From the IMG/VR virus record IMGVR_UViG_3300017917_003859, positions 1-64,000 of that record: DNA of 64,000 nucleotides, one strand, 5' to 3'. Positions 49,305 to 59,072 of the stretch are shown in pieces. Origin of the DNA: a virus. How positions within the stretch are numbered: the stretch's first letter is position 1; each line of letters opens with the position of its first letter. Both the position numbers and the translations under genes were made by a program. The notes under the pieces were generated by a model. The model was not told the DNA's origin. It did no database searches and saw only the letters and a list, made by a program, of their open reading frames with translations.

Positions 49305-49334
49305 AATCCCTCTATCAATTAGAGGGATTTTTTT
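49305..49334 (+). terminator. intrinsic terminator
   Basis: AATCCCTCTA-tcaat-TAGAGGGATT followed by TTTTT. Confidence 0.88.
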
Positions 49335-49343
49335 ATTGTTTTA

Positions 49344-49358
49344 AATATTTATAATAAA
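49344..49358 (+). promoter_or_regulatory. putative late promoter AATATTTATAATAAA
   Basis: Exact consensus directly after the terminator. Confidence 0.65.
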
Positions 49359-49365
49359 ACATAAT

Positions 49366-49746
49366 ATGTCAGCAGGTAGGTATTCATTTGTTATAGAACA
49401 AGGTTCAACATTAAATTTAGAACTCCAATATAAAGATGCTAGTGGAAATCCAATAGATTTAACAGATTATAATGGTAGAATGCAAATTCGTCCTTCAATT
49501 GCTTCTAGTACAATTTATATATCTTTAAGTAGTTCTTTACAAGCAGATGGAACAGGATTAAATTTTAGTGGATCAAATGGATCAACTCCTCCTACTTCTG
49601 GTTCAATAGGAGTATATATTTCTGCTATTTCTTCTTCATTGTTAGATTTTGATCAAGCGGTATATGATTTGGAAATATATTCTGGAAGTTATGTATCAAG
49701 AATTTTAGAAGGACAAATTAAATTATCTAAAGAAGTAACTCGATAA
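49366..49746 (+). CDS. small virion / fibre-attachment Ig-like protein
   Basis: IEQG.T....Y.D..G.P.DLT.Y..RMQIR...YDLE......RILEG pattern common before fibre genes. Confidence 0.65.
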   Translation: MSAGRYSFVIEQGSTLNLELQYKDASGNPIDLTDYNGRMQIRPSIASSTIYISLSSSLQADGTGLNFSGSNGSTPPTSGSIGVYISAISSSLLDFDQAVYDLEIYSGSYVSRILEGQIKLSKEVTR

Positions 49747-52700
49747 TGTCAGATTGTATAGGTCCAATTAATATTACTCCTAACAACAATCAAATCAATT
49801 TACAGGATGTTAATAGAACAATCACAGTAATTGATAATAATTGTTGTACTCAGGTTGAAATAACACAACCCATTACTAATGTTATACAAGTACTTACAGG
49901 TCCTATGGGTCCTAAAGGGGAATTCCCCACCTCAGGATCTTTTAATCTTACTGGATCGATTAATGTAAGTGGAAGTATATCTGCTAATAATTTCAATGGA
50001 GGAACATTTAGTGGATCTTTTATAGGTAATTTTAGTGGTTCAGTTTCTTCTAATTTACAAGATGTAACTAATAATGGAAATGTAACTACATTACCTATTA
50101 CTGCTTCTAGTTTTTATGGAAATGGATTGCAAATTGTAGGAAATGCTATTATAACTGGTTCTTTAACTGTAAGTGGTTCAAATACTTTTAGAAATATAGG
50201 TCCCGCTGAATTTACAGGATCATTAGGTGTAAGTGGTTCAATAAATTTTAATAATAATTCAACTCTAATACCTGATTTATTTGGAGGTCCTGGTACTGTA
50301 GATTTAGTAGCAGGGCCCGGGGGATGGGCAGAATTAACTTCAAACAACACTCAATCTTTTATTTGGGTTGATGATAATGGAGCTTATGTAGGTACAAATT
50401 GGGATATTGGAAATTATTTATGGACATTTAATAATAGTGGTTCATTAATAGCTCCAGGTAGAATAGAAGCACCATCATTTACAGGTTCATTAGAAGGTAC
50501 TGCAAGTTATGCTATAACTGCATCCTATGCTTTAAATGTTCCCTTAACTTCATCTTATGCTATACAAGCATTAAGTAGTTCATATGCTGCAACTGCTTCA
50601 CTTGCCCCAGATTATTTACCTTTAACAGGTGGAACAATAAATGGAAATGTAATAGTTAATGGTACGGCATCTATTACTTATTTAAATGTTACTTATGAAT
50701 CTGCCTCTATTATTTATTCTTCTGGTTCAAATCAATTAGGTGATACAATAGATGATATTCAAACATTAATTGGAAAAGTTATTGTAAGTGGTAGTTTTGA
50801 AGTAACTGGAAGTACAAATATTCCTAATTTAACTGGTAGTTTATTTGGAACTGCTAGCTACTCAAATAACTCAGCTACTGCTTCAAATATATTAGGTGGA
50901 AAAGCACCCCATGTTCCCTTCTTTATCACTGATACTAGTTTAGCAACAAGCTCAATTTATCAATCTGGATCTAACACTATAATTATAAACCAAGATAATG
51001 CCACATCAGCAAATCCAGAAGCATTATATGTTTGGCAACCAAGTACAAGCTCATTTAATGTAATAAGTGGTAAAGGTAACTTAAATAACTATCTACAGCT
51101 TAATATTCAAAACACAAACCAAGGAACTGATGCCTCATCAGATGTAGTTGCAACCGCCAATAATGGTAGTGAAGTAGATAACTACATTGATATGGGTATT
51201 AATAATGAGAATTTTGCTGGATTTTTAGGAGGTCCAAATGATTCTTATGTGTATACTCATGGTCATAATTTTTGGATTGGAAATGTAAATGATGGATATA
51301 AATTATATTTCTTTAATAGCTCTAGTTTACAACCAATCATAACATTAAATGCTTTAGATGCTGAAGTTACTGGTTCTTTATTTGGTACTGCCTCTTGGGC
51401 TCAAAATGCTGTAACAGCATCAAATGTAAATACTGCATCTTATGCTTTAACAGCATCTTATGCCTTAAATGTACCAACAACTGCTTCATATGCAATAAGT
51501 TCTTCATATTCTATAACTGCTTCATATGCTTTAAATGCTTTAACTTCATCATATTCTATAAGTGCTTCACATGCTAATATATCTAATGATGCTTTAACAG
51601 CTACCAGTGCATCACATGCTTTAGTAGCAGATAATGCTTTAACAGCAAATTATGCTACAACAGCAGGTAATGGTGGAGTAACACAACTTATAGCAGGATC
51701 GGGTATTACATTATTACCTCCTGGAGGTCAAGGAGCAGTTACAATAGTATCAACTGGAGGTGGAGGTGTTACTATTATATCTGGCTCATTAATAACTGGT
51801 TCATTTATTAATACTACTAGTTATACTTTTAATCATAATTTAAATACTAGAACACCTATTATAACTGTATTTGATTCTAATTATAATCAAATTATACCTG
51901 AAAATATACAGTTAGTAGATAGTTCAAGTGCAATTATAACTTTTCCAACACAAGAAAGTGGATTTGCTATAGGATCAACCGGAGGCACAACCGGTACTGC
52001 TTTATCATCATCATATGCTTTATTTTCAACTTACGCTACTACAGCATCTTTCTATCAAGAAACAGATCCAATATTTACAGCTAAGAGTGCATCTTTAGCA
52101 ACAACAGGATCTAATATATTTAGAGGTAATCAAACGGTAACCGGAAGTCTATTCACAAGTGGCTCAAACACCTTAGTAGGAAACACAGTTTTAAGTGGCA
52201 GTATTAATATAAGTGGTTCTCAAACATTTAATGGTACCTCAGCTTTTTATGGTAACCATACATTGAGTGGTAGCAATACAATTACTGGAAATACTATTTT
52301 AAGTGGTAGTATTGAGGTAAGTGGTTCATCTAATTTTCATAATTCAAGTTTTATAGTAACAGGTTCAACTTCATTTTCTGGAAGTTTTAATGTTAAGGGA
52401 ACTTCTACATTCTCAGATACATCAATGACATTAACTGGTTCACTATTAGTAAGTGGATCTCAAATATTTAATGGTATAATAACAGTAACCGGATCTCAGT
52501 TTTTTAGTGGTTCTTCAAATATTAATGGAGCAGCTTCAATTACAGGCTCATTAAATGTAAGAGACGGAGACATTAATATAGTAAGTGGATCATCATTTAC
52601 AAGATGGGGTAATAAGTTATTTAACTACGGACAATTCTCAGATACTACAATACAAACAGGCTCAGCAAACACTGCGTATGCAATGAGATTTAATACAACA

Positions 52701-53075
52701 GATTTTGGATTAGGAGTAAGTTTAGTAAGTGGAAGTAGAATAACTGTAGAAAATACTGGAATATATAATTTACAATTTTCAGCTCAATTAGCTAACACTG
52801 CCAATACAACTATAGCAGTTGACATATGGTTTGCAATAACTGGAAGTAATGTACCTAATTCAAATACTCAAGTAAATATAACTAAAACCGCAGGTTCAAC
52901 TGGTAGAAACGTAGCAGCATGGAATTTTGCAACTCCTTTAAGTGCAAGCCAATATATAGAAATATATTGGAGTTGTGATGCCTCTACAGCACAAATACAA
53001 TCCGCCCCAACTGCAAGTACACCAACAAGACCAGCAATTCCATCAATAATAGCAACATTAACACAGATAGCATAA
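49746..53075 (+). CDS. tail fibre protein with ASYA and (T/S)GS repeats
   Basis: 1109 aa; GPMGPKG collagen-like triplets; dense TASYA and SGS repeats; HNLNT..P...V.D module. Confidence 0.75.
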   Translation: MSDCIGPINITPNNNQINLQDVNRTITVIDNNCCTQVEITQPITNVIQVLTGPMGPKGEFPTSGSFNLTGSINVSGSISANNFNGGTFSGSFIGNFSGSVSSNLQDVTNNGNVTTLPITASSFYGNGLQIVGNAIITGSLTVSGSNTFRNIGPAEFTGSLGVSGSINFNNNSTLIPDLFGGPGTVDLVAGPGGWAELTSNNTQSFIWVDDNGAYVGTNWDIGNYLWTFNNSGSLIAPGRIEAPSFTGSLEGTASYAITASYALNVPLTSSYAIQALSSSYAATASLAPDYLPLTGGTINGNVIVNGTASITYLNVTYESASIIYSSGSNQLGDTIDDIQTLIGKVIVSGSFEVTGSTNIPNLTGSLFGTASYSNNSATASNILGGKAPHVPFFITDTSLATSSIYQSGSNTIIINQDNATSANPEALYVWQPSTSSFNVISGKGNLNNYLQLNIQNTNQGTDASSDVVATANNGSEVDNYIDMGINNENFAGFLGGPNDSYVYTHGHNFWIGNVNDGYKLYFFNSSSLQPIITLNALDAEVTGSLFGTASWAQNAVTASNVNTASYALTASYALNVPTTASYAISSSYSITASYALNALTSSYSISASHANISNDALTATSASHALVADNALTANYATTAGNGGVTQLIAGSGITLLPPGGQGAVTIVSTGGGGVTIISGSLITGSFINTTSYTFNHNLNTRTPIITVFDSNYNQIIPENIQLVDSSSAIITFPTQESGFAIGSTGGTTGTALSSSYALFSTYATTASFYQETDPIFTAKSASLATTGSNIFRGNQTVTGSLFTSGSNTLVGNTVLSGSINISGSQTFNGTSAFYGNHTLSGSNTITGNTILSGSIEVSGSSNFHNSSFIVTGSTSFSGSFNVKGTSTFSDTSMTLTGSLLVSGSQIFNGIITVTGSQFFSGSSNINGAASITGSLNVRDGDINIVSGSSFTRWGNKLFNYGQFSDTTIQTGSANTAYAMRFNTTDFGLGVSLVSGSRITVENTGIYNLQFSAQLANTANTTIAVDIWFAITGSNVPNSNTQVNITKTAGSTGRNVAAWNFATPLSASQYIEIYWSCDASTAQIQSAPTASTPTRPAIPSIIATLTQIA

Positions 53076-53076
53076 T

Positions 53077-53808
53077 ATGAAAATATTTCAACCTATAATA
53101 TCAGGATCATTAAGCGTTTCAGGTTCAGTTACAGCAATTGACTTTACTGGAAGTTTACGTGGTACTGCTTCTTATGCTATAACAGCCTCTTATGCTTTAA
53201 ATGGTGGAGGAGGTGGAGCATCATTCCCTTATACGGGTAGCGCAATTATAACTGGTAGTTTAATTGTAACTGGATCTACTACATCAACTTTAGGATTTAC
53301 AGGAAGTTTATATGGAACAGCAAGTTGGGCTAATAATTCAACTAGTGCTTCTTACGCTTTAAGCAGCTCTTATTCATTAACATCTTCATACGCATTAGTA
53401 GCAGATTCAGTTTTAGGTAGTGTTACTAGTGCTAGTTATGCTGCAACATCATCTTATAGTAATAATTTTACAGTAAATAGTACTATAACTATTGATCAAA
53501 CACTAACTGATTACGCCAGTGTGAATTCTAGTATAGTTGGTTCTAATAATCTATTTACACAAGCCACTGGCTCAAGAACCTCAGCTCATGGGAAATACAC
53601 TATATATAAAGGTGCAAATGCGAGAGCTGGAGAATTTATAACTGTATGGAATGGAACTACAGTAACATATACAGATGTTTCAACAACAGATATAGGAAAT
53701 ACAAGTGATATTACATTTCAATCATCAATTGTTGGAGGAAATATACAAATAGACATAGTTGCAGGCTCATCAGGTTGGACAATAAAAATGCTAACAATGT
53801 TTATTTAA
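53077..53808 (+). CDS. short fibre protein with ASYA repeats
   Basis: FTGSL.GTASYA and FPYTGSA.I.GS modules shared with neighbours. Confidence 0.7.
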   Translation: MKIFQPIISGSLSVSGSVTAIDFTGSLRGTASYAITASYALNGGGGGASFPYTGSAIITGSLIVTGSTTSTLGFTGSLYGTASWANNSTSASYALSSSYSLTSSYALVADSVLGSVTSASYAATSSYSNNFTVNSTITIDQTLTDYASVNSSIVGSNNLFTQATGSRTSAHGKYTIYKGANARAGEFITVWNGTTVTYTDVSTTDIGNTSDITFQSSIVGGNIQIDIVAGSSGWTIKMLTMFI

Positions 53809-53809
53809 G

Positions 53810-53846
53810 CATATTTATAATAAATTAGTTGGATAGGGAAAACTAA
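53810..53846 (+). promoter_or_regulatory. late-type promoter followed by a 5'-UTR hairpin
   Basis: CATATTTATAATAAA then TTAGTT-ggatagggaa-AACTAA, ending 2 nt before the ATG. Confidence 0.55.
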
Positions 53847-53848
53847 AC

Positions 53849-56497
53849 ATGGCAAACGAATTTATAGCTCGTAATGGGCTCATAGCACAAAATAATTCAG
53901 TAGTATCTGGATCATTAACAGTAACTGGAGGTATTACTGGTTCATTATTAGGAACAGCATCATATACTTCACAAGCATTAAGTGCTTCATTCACCTCTAC
54001 TGCTTCTTATGTTAATCCACTATCACAATCAGTTTTAATAACTGGTAGTATAAATTTAACTGGATCAATAAATGCGTATGTAACTGGAGGAGATTATGTA
54101 AATATAGGTAACTATGCAAATCCAACTAATTTAAGAACATTAACGGTTGGGCAAAATACGGCTTACATGAGCTTTGGTAGTTTGGTTGGTGCTACAAGTT
54201 ATGGAGCTATTTACATTAACCAAGCAACACCAAGCGTATCTAATTATACCATAACATCTGATGGGCTTATCAGTGTTTTAAACGCATCAACAATAGCCTA
54301 CATAAGAATATTAAATAACAATCGTATTGCTATATCAAATACAGACCAGTCATTTACACCCGCAGCAGCAACAAGTGGGGCTGTTACAACTTTTACATTC
54401 ACCAAACCTAACAACACAGGACAGACAGCATCAACGGCTATTAACGGTATACTTTATACTTTAGGTAATAGACAATGGGCAACTGGAAATATTACAACGC
54501 AAAAAGAATTTGAACTTACAAGCCCTACTTATTTATTTACAGGTGCTAGTACAATAACGTCAGCATATTCATTTTATGTTAATGCCCCCGTAGCAGGAAC
54601 TAATGCCACAATAACCACAGCGTATGCTGCGGGATTCAATGGTCGTGTTCGTATTGAGGGTATTGTTAACTTAGGTGATGGTCGGATTTTTTCCGATGCA
54701 GGAATGGATTTTAACGCAGGTTCAAATTCAATAAGATTCTTCGTTGGTGGTGCTGGAGTTGGTGCATTTACAACAACTAGATTAACAGTAACGCCGTTTA
54801 CATCAAATACAGGTGCAGTAAATAATATATCATTTACAATTCCAGCAAATACAGGTCAAACAGCCTCTACGCCTATTATAGGAGTAAATTGGGCTTTAGG
54901 TTCAAGACAGTGGGCAACTGGTAACATCACAACTCAACAAGAATACCTACTAACAGCACCAACTTATTCTTTTGTAGGAGCTAGTACAATCACTAATTCA
55001 TATACATTTTACGTAGAAGCAGCTTTAGCAGGAACAAATGCCACAATAACTAATAACTATGCAGCTGGGTTTAACGGAAGAGTAAGAGTATTAGCAGGAG
55101 GAGCAGATATCACAGGTCCATTAATTGTTACTGGTAACTTAAATGTATCTAATTCAGTAACAGCCTCAATCGTATCAGCCTCAGCATTTACCGGTTCATT
55201 GTTTGGAACGGCAACAAGTGCATCATTTGCTTCAACAGCATCATTTGCTTCAACAGCATCATATTCTGAAACAGCTTCTTATGCAGTTGTATTCCCATAC
55301 ACAGGATCTGCAAATATAAGTGGTAGTATAAATTTAGAAGGAAACTATATACAGAATATTAACACTAATATTGGTGGAAATTATTATCATATAGAAGGAA
55401 ATAATAATACGAATGGAACTCAAACCGCCTTTTCTGCTTCAATAAATGCAGGTATAGTTACTGTAGATACTACATATGGAGACGTTACTGGATTCTTCAC
55501 TAACAATAATTATTTATTTATATATGATGCCTTTCAAGACAACATATATGGTAAAATTACTCGTCAATATGACTCAGCCAGTTACAATGGAACAAACACT
55601 CTCATCAACTTATTTGATGTAACAGTTACTACTACAGCAGCATATATTATAGATGCTAGTTCTATTGGTACAGGTGGTGATAAAACAATTCCTGCAGATT
55701 ATACTCATATTGAAGGATATAATAATATAACTGTTGGAAATTATAGTCATATAAAAGGTTATAGTAGTGTAGCTGTTGGAAATTATTCACACGCTGAAGG
55801 CCAAGGTGCATTAGCAATAGGAGATTATTCACATGCTGAAGGTGTAGGATCTGTTGCAATAGGAGAAGGTTCTCATGCTGAAGGAGGTTCCAAATCTGTA
55901 GGAAACTATTCACATGCTGAAGGTAGAATTAATCAAGCAATAGGAGATTATTCACACGCTGAAGGATTAAATACAAAAACAATTGGAACTTTTTCACATA
56001 CTGAAGGTGAAGGTACAATTGCATCAGGATCTGCTCAACATGTATCAGGAAAATATAATACTCATGGAGACACTACTTCTTTATTTATTATAGGAAATGG
56101 AGTAGATAACTTAAATAGATCAGATATAGTTAGAGTTACAACAACAGACGTGCAAGTAACTGGCTCTGTAATAGCCACAGCATTTACAGGATCTTTATAT
56201 GGTACAGCTTCTTGGGCTGAACACGCCTCAACTGCTTCATATGTTAATGGAATGATTACTAAAGTTAATGCGGTAACAGCAGCTTCTTTTGGTGGTACAC
56301 CATTAACAGCAAGTGTAACATTTACAACACCTTTTCCTAATGCAAACTACGGAATTACAATTACAGGAGAAGATGCTCGTACGTGGACAATACAATCAAA
56401 AGCTATAACTGGATTTGTGATTAATTCAAATAGTAGTGTTGCTCTAACTGGAAATACTTACTGGCAAGCTACAGGTTATGGTGAATTTAATAGTTAA
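53849..56497 (+). CDS. tail fibre/adhesin with internal duplication and YadA-head-like SHAEG repeats
   Basis: Two ~100-aa copies (NTGQTAST...RQWATGNITTQ...AAGFNGRVR); about eight G.YSHAEG-type repeats. Confidence 0.75.
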   Translation: MANEFIARNGLIAQNNSVVSGSLTVTGGITGSLLGTASYTSQALSASFTSTASYVNPLSQSVLITGSINLTGSINAYVTGGDYVNIGNYANPTNLRTLTVGQNTAYMSFGSLVGATSYGAIYINQATPSVSNYTITSDGLISVLNASTIAYIRILNNNRIAISNTDQSFTPAAATSGAVTTFTFTKPNNTGQTASTAINGILYTLGNRQWATGNITTQKEFELTSPTYLFTGASTITSAYSFYVNAPVAGTNATITTAYAAGFNGRVRIEGIVNLGDGRIFSDAGMDFNAGSNSIRFFVGGAGVGAFTTTRLTVTPFTSNTGAVNNISFTIPANTGQTASTPIIGVNWALGSRQWATGNITTQQEYLLTAPTYSFVGASTITNSYTFYVEAALAGTNATITNNYAAGFNGRVRVLAGGADITGPLIVTGNLNVSNSVTASIVSASAFTGSLFGTATSASFASTASFASTASYSETASYAVVFPYTGSANISGSINLEGNYIQNINTNIGGNYYHIEGNNNTNGTQTAFSASINAGIVTVDTTYGDVTGFFTNNNYLFIYDAFQDNIYGKITRQYDSASYNGTNTLINLFDVTVTTTAAYIIDASSIGTGGDKTIPADYTHIEGYNNITVGNYSHIKGYSSVAVGNYSHAEGQGALAIGDYSHAEGVGSVAIGEGSHAEGGSKSVGNYSHAEGRINQAIGDYSHAEGLNTKTIGTFSHTEGEGTIASGSAQHVSGKYNTHGDTTSLFIIGNGVDNLNRSDIVRVTTTDVQVTGSVIATAFTGSLYGTASWAEHASTASYVNGMITKVNAVTAASFGGTPLTASVTFTTPFPNANYGITITGEDARTWTIQSKAITGFVINSNSSVALTGNTYWQATGYGEFNS
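55220..55262 (+). repeat. perfect 18-bp tandem repeat encoding ASFAST
   Basis: gcatcatttgcttcaaca twice plus a partial third copy. Confidence 0.85.
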
Positions 56498-56501
56498 TTA
56501 A

Positions 56502-56515
56502 AATATTTATAAATA
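56502..56515 (+). promoter_or_regulatory. putative late promoter AATATTTATAAATA
   Basis: Motif copy 6 nt before the ATG. Confidence 0.55.
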
Positions 56516-56521
56516 AAGAAG

Positions 56522-58744
56522 ATGTCAATTTTTTATAATGATAGTGCAAGTTTTAAATCTTTAGAGATTACAAATGATTTTATTTATACCAATACAGAGT
56601 CTTTTTCTATAAATGGACCATTACAACTTAATCCAACTAAAGATCCAGGTACATCTAATATTTCAGCTTCTTATTTATTTGTATCATCTTCAGTAGACAA
56701 TACAGAGTATAATTTACATTATAGAAATAATGGAACACTTTGGGAAACTCATTGGCTAGAAGAAAAAACAGATACAGGTATAGTTTGGGGAGGAATACTA
56801 ACATTTACAGGAACTACAATGTCAATTACTCCTGGAGTAGGATTAATTATAAATCATAATGCATCTACTAGTTCACATGGAGATACAGTTCCAACTTATG
56901 TTAAGTTTGGCCCTATAACAGCTAGTGCAACTTATATAACATCATCACAAGTAACATATTTACTAATTGATACTGATGGAACTTTAATACAACAACCTAC
57001 AATATTTACTCCACAACAGTTTAATGAAAAACTACCATTAGGATATATCTTTTGTTTAACAACTTCTAGTATTAGTAGTTATGCAGATGCAAGAACAACT
57101 ACCTATGGACAAGACGAACAACAAACCCAATTTATTAGAGCATTTGGTCCATTAAAAGTAAATGGATATGATATAACACCACAAAGTGGATCTTTAAAAA
57201 TATCTATAGCTTCTGGACGAACTTATCGTTATGGTGGATTTTATACACAAAATCCAGACAATCCTTCTATATATGACTCCACAACAGTACCAACAGGAAG
57301 TTTAGTAAGAATTCAAAGAGATCCTGCAATTGTAGGAGGATTTAAAGCAATTACTAATGGAGGACTACCTTTTACAGTAATAGATCCTACAATGTGGGAT
57401 GATGGAAGTGGTACATTACAATCTGTAGGAGCAAGTGAATGGACAATTCAAAGATTATTTCAAGGAGTTGTAAATAACATTACTTACGTATATTATGGTC
57501 AAAATACTTATGACAGTTTAAATGCTGCTATACAAAGTATAACAACAGAAGCGTTTGAAGAAGCGCAAACTAGTATATTAGCTTTACCATTTATAGGGTA
57601 TGTTATTTGTAAAGGTAATACAACAAATTTAGCAGACACCACTGAGAATAAAATAATTAATTCTGGATTATTTAGAAATACAGCAGGCTCAAGTGGAGGG
57701 GGAGGTGTTGCAACAACAACATTAAATGATCTATCAGATGTAACCATTACATCACCATCAACGGGTCAAGCTTTAGTTTATAATGCAGGTATTTGGGTAA
57801 ATTCAAACCCAACATCAGCTTCATATGCCTCAACAGCTTCTTATATATTAGAAGCAGTAAGTGCATCTTATGCTACTTTAGCACAAACCGCTAACACAGC
57901 ATCTTTTGTACAAACAGCTCAAACTGCCTCATACGTGCTACAAGCAGTATCAAGTTCGTATGCAACAACATCAAGTTATGCATCAAGTGGAAATGGAATA
58001 TTTAGTGGATCGTTTAGTGGATCATTTGAAGGAAATGGTTCTGGATTAACAGGAATTATTGCAACCGCAGCACCTGCAGGACCAGATACATCAATTCAAT
58101 TTAACAGTGGTGGTACTACAGCTGGAAGTGCAGACCTTACTTTTAATGACACGACAAACAAGTTAACATTAACCGGATCATTGTATATAACTGGCTCAGT
58201 AGACGCTACAATATTTACTAATACATTAAAAATATCTGGATCTAGCGGCGCTTCCGGTAATTATATAACAACTCAGTTTTTAGGTAGCGATGTTACCAAT
58301 AGTACAACAGGATTAGTAACTGCAATGACAACTACAGGAGTAGGTCCTGGATTGTATCAATTTAAGTATGTAGTAAGATATCAGTCAGCTGCAACTACAA
58401 CTGGTATAGGCTTAGCAGTAGATCACACGCAAGCTGCTAATTACTTTGTATCTTCGTTTTGGTTTATTTCAACCGGTGGTGCTGCAGCAACTGGTGTAGC
58501 CGATCAAGTAGCTACGACTAATGCTGGTCAAATGGCTGAAGGTAAATCAGAACGTGTTAAAGGTACTGTTTCATCTACAACAGCGGGTGTTGATACAATA
58601 AACGCTGACATGTTAGCAGTAATGGAAGGTTTAATAGATGTATCGACGAGCGGAGATTTAATTTTAGAATTTAGATCAGAGGTGGCTGCTTCTCAAGTAA
58701 CTATTAAATCAGGAACTAGTCTTATATTAACTAAAATGTCATAA
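56522..58744 (+). CDS. tail fibre/virion protein
   Basis: LNDLSDV.I..P..GQ.L.YN...W.N fibre motif; ASYA repeats; G.DT.IQFN..G motif. Confidence 0.7.
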   Translation: MSIFYNDSASFKSLEITNDFIYTNTESFSINGPLQLNPTKDPGTSNISASYLFVSSSVDNTEYNLHYRNNGTLWETHWLEEKTDTGIVWGGILTFTGTTMSITPGVGLIINHNASTSSHGDTVPTYVKFGPITASATYITSSQVTYLLIDTDGTLIQQPTIFTPQQFNEKLPLGYIFCLTTSSISSYADARTTTYGQDEQQTQFIRAFGPLKVNGYDITPQSGSLKISIASGRTYRYGGFYTQNPDNPSIYDSTTVPTGSLVRIQRDPAIVGGFKAITNGGLPFTVIDPTMWDDGSGTLQSVGASEWTIQRLFQGVVNNITYVYYGQNTYDSLNAAIQSITTEAFEEAQTSILALPFIGYVICKGNTTNLADTTENKIINSGLFRNTAGSSGGGGVATTTLNDLSDVTITSPSTGQALVYNAGIWVNSNPTSASYASTASYILEAVSASYATLAQTANTASFVQTAQTASYVLQAVSSSYATTSSYASSGNGIFSGSFSGSFEGNGSGLTGIIATAAPAGPDTSIQFNSGGTTAGSADLTFNDTTNKLTLTGSLYITGSVDATIFTNTLKISGSSGASGNYITTQFLGSDVTNSTTGLVTAMTTTGVGPGLYQFKYVVRYQSAATTTGIGLAVDHTQAANYFVSSFWFISTGGAAATGVADQVATTNAGQMAEGKSERVKGTVSSTTAGVDTINADMLAVMEGLIDVSTSGDLILEFRSEVAASQVTIKSGTSLILTKMS

Positions 58745-58813
58745 TAGTTAATTAGAATACTCTTAGACTAAAAGTCTACATATTTGTAATAAAAATATAT
58801 TATATTTATAAAC

Positions 58814-59023
58814 ATGAAAACACTAATTTATTTTAATGCACCCGATAAACCTGAAAATATGGGTATTAGTCAATTAACAGACGATGTTCAAACCTTTTTA
58901 GACGAACGTTCAGACATTCTTATCAATCCAGTAATTACAGGAAATATTCTTGAATTTGAAAATGTTGAAGGTATAAAAGGATATGCTGTAATGGCTGATA
59001 CTCCTGATGATTTCCAAAACTAA
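58814..59023 (+). CDS. hypothetical protein
   Basis: Short ORF preceded by TATATTTATA (58801-58810). Confidence 0.5.
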   Translation: MKTLIYFNAPDKPENMGISQLTDDVQTFLDERSDILINPVITGNILEFENVEGIKGYAVMADTPDDFQN

Positions 59024-59048
59024 TTAAGACAATTAGAATTAATTTTGG

Positions 59049-59063
59049 TATATTTATAATAAA
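59049..59063 (+). promoter_or_regulatory. putative late promoter TATATTTATAATAAA
   Basis: Consensus copy upstream of the neck genes. Confidence 0.65.
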
Positions 59064-59072
59064 ATATACTCT

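Noticed and set aside
15239-51577. Short alternate-frame + strand ORFs (15239, 33864, 42353, 51395)
   Set aside because: Nested in strong genes. The Cys-rich look of 51395 is a frame-shifted reading of the ASYA repeats
50500-57980. ASYA repeats as ice-nucleation repeats, a CRISPR array or a DGR target
   Set aside because: No AGYGST 16-mer periodicity, repeats are coding and degenerate, and there is no reverse transcriptase or adenine-specific repeat pair
58764-58778. Short hairpin TAGACT-aaa-AGTCTA
   Set aside because: Weak stem and no T tract; insufficient for a terminator call
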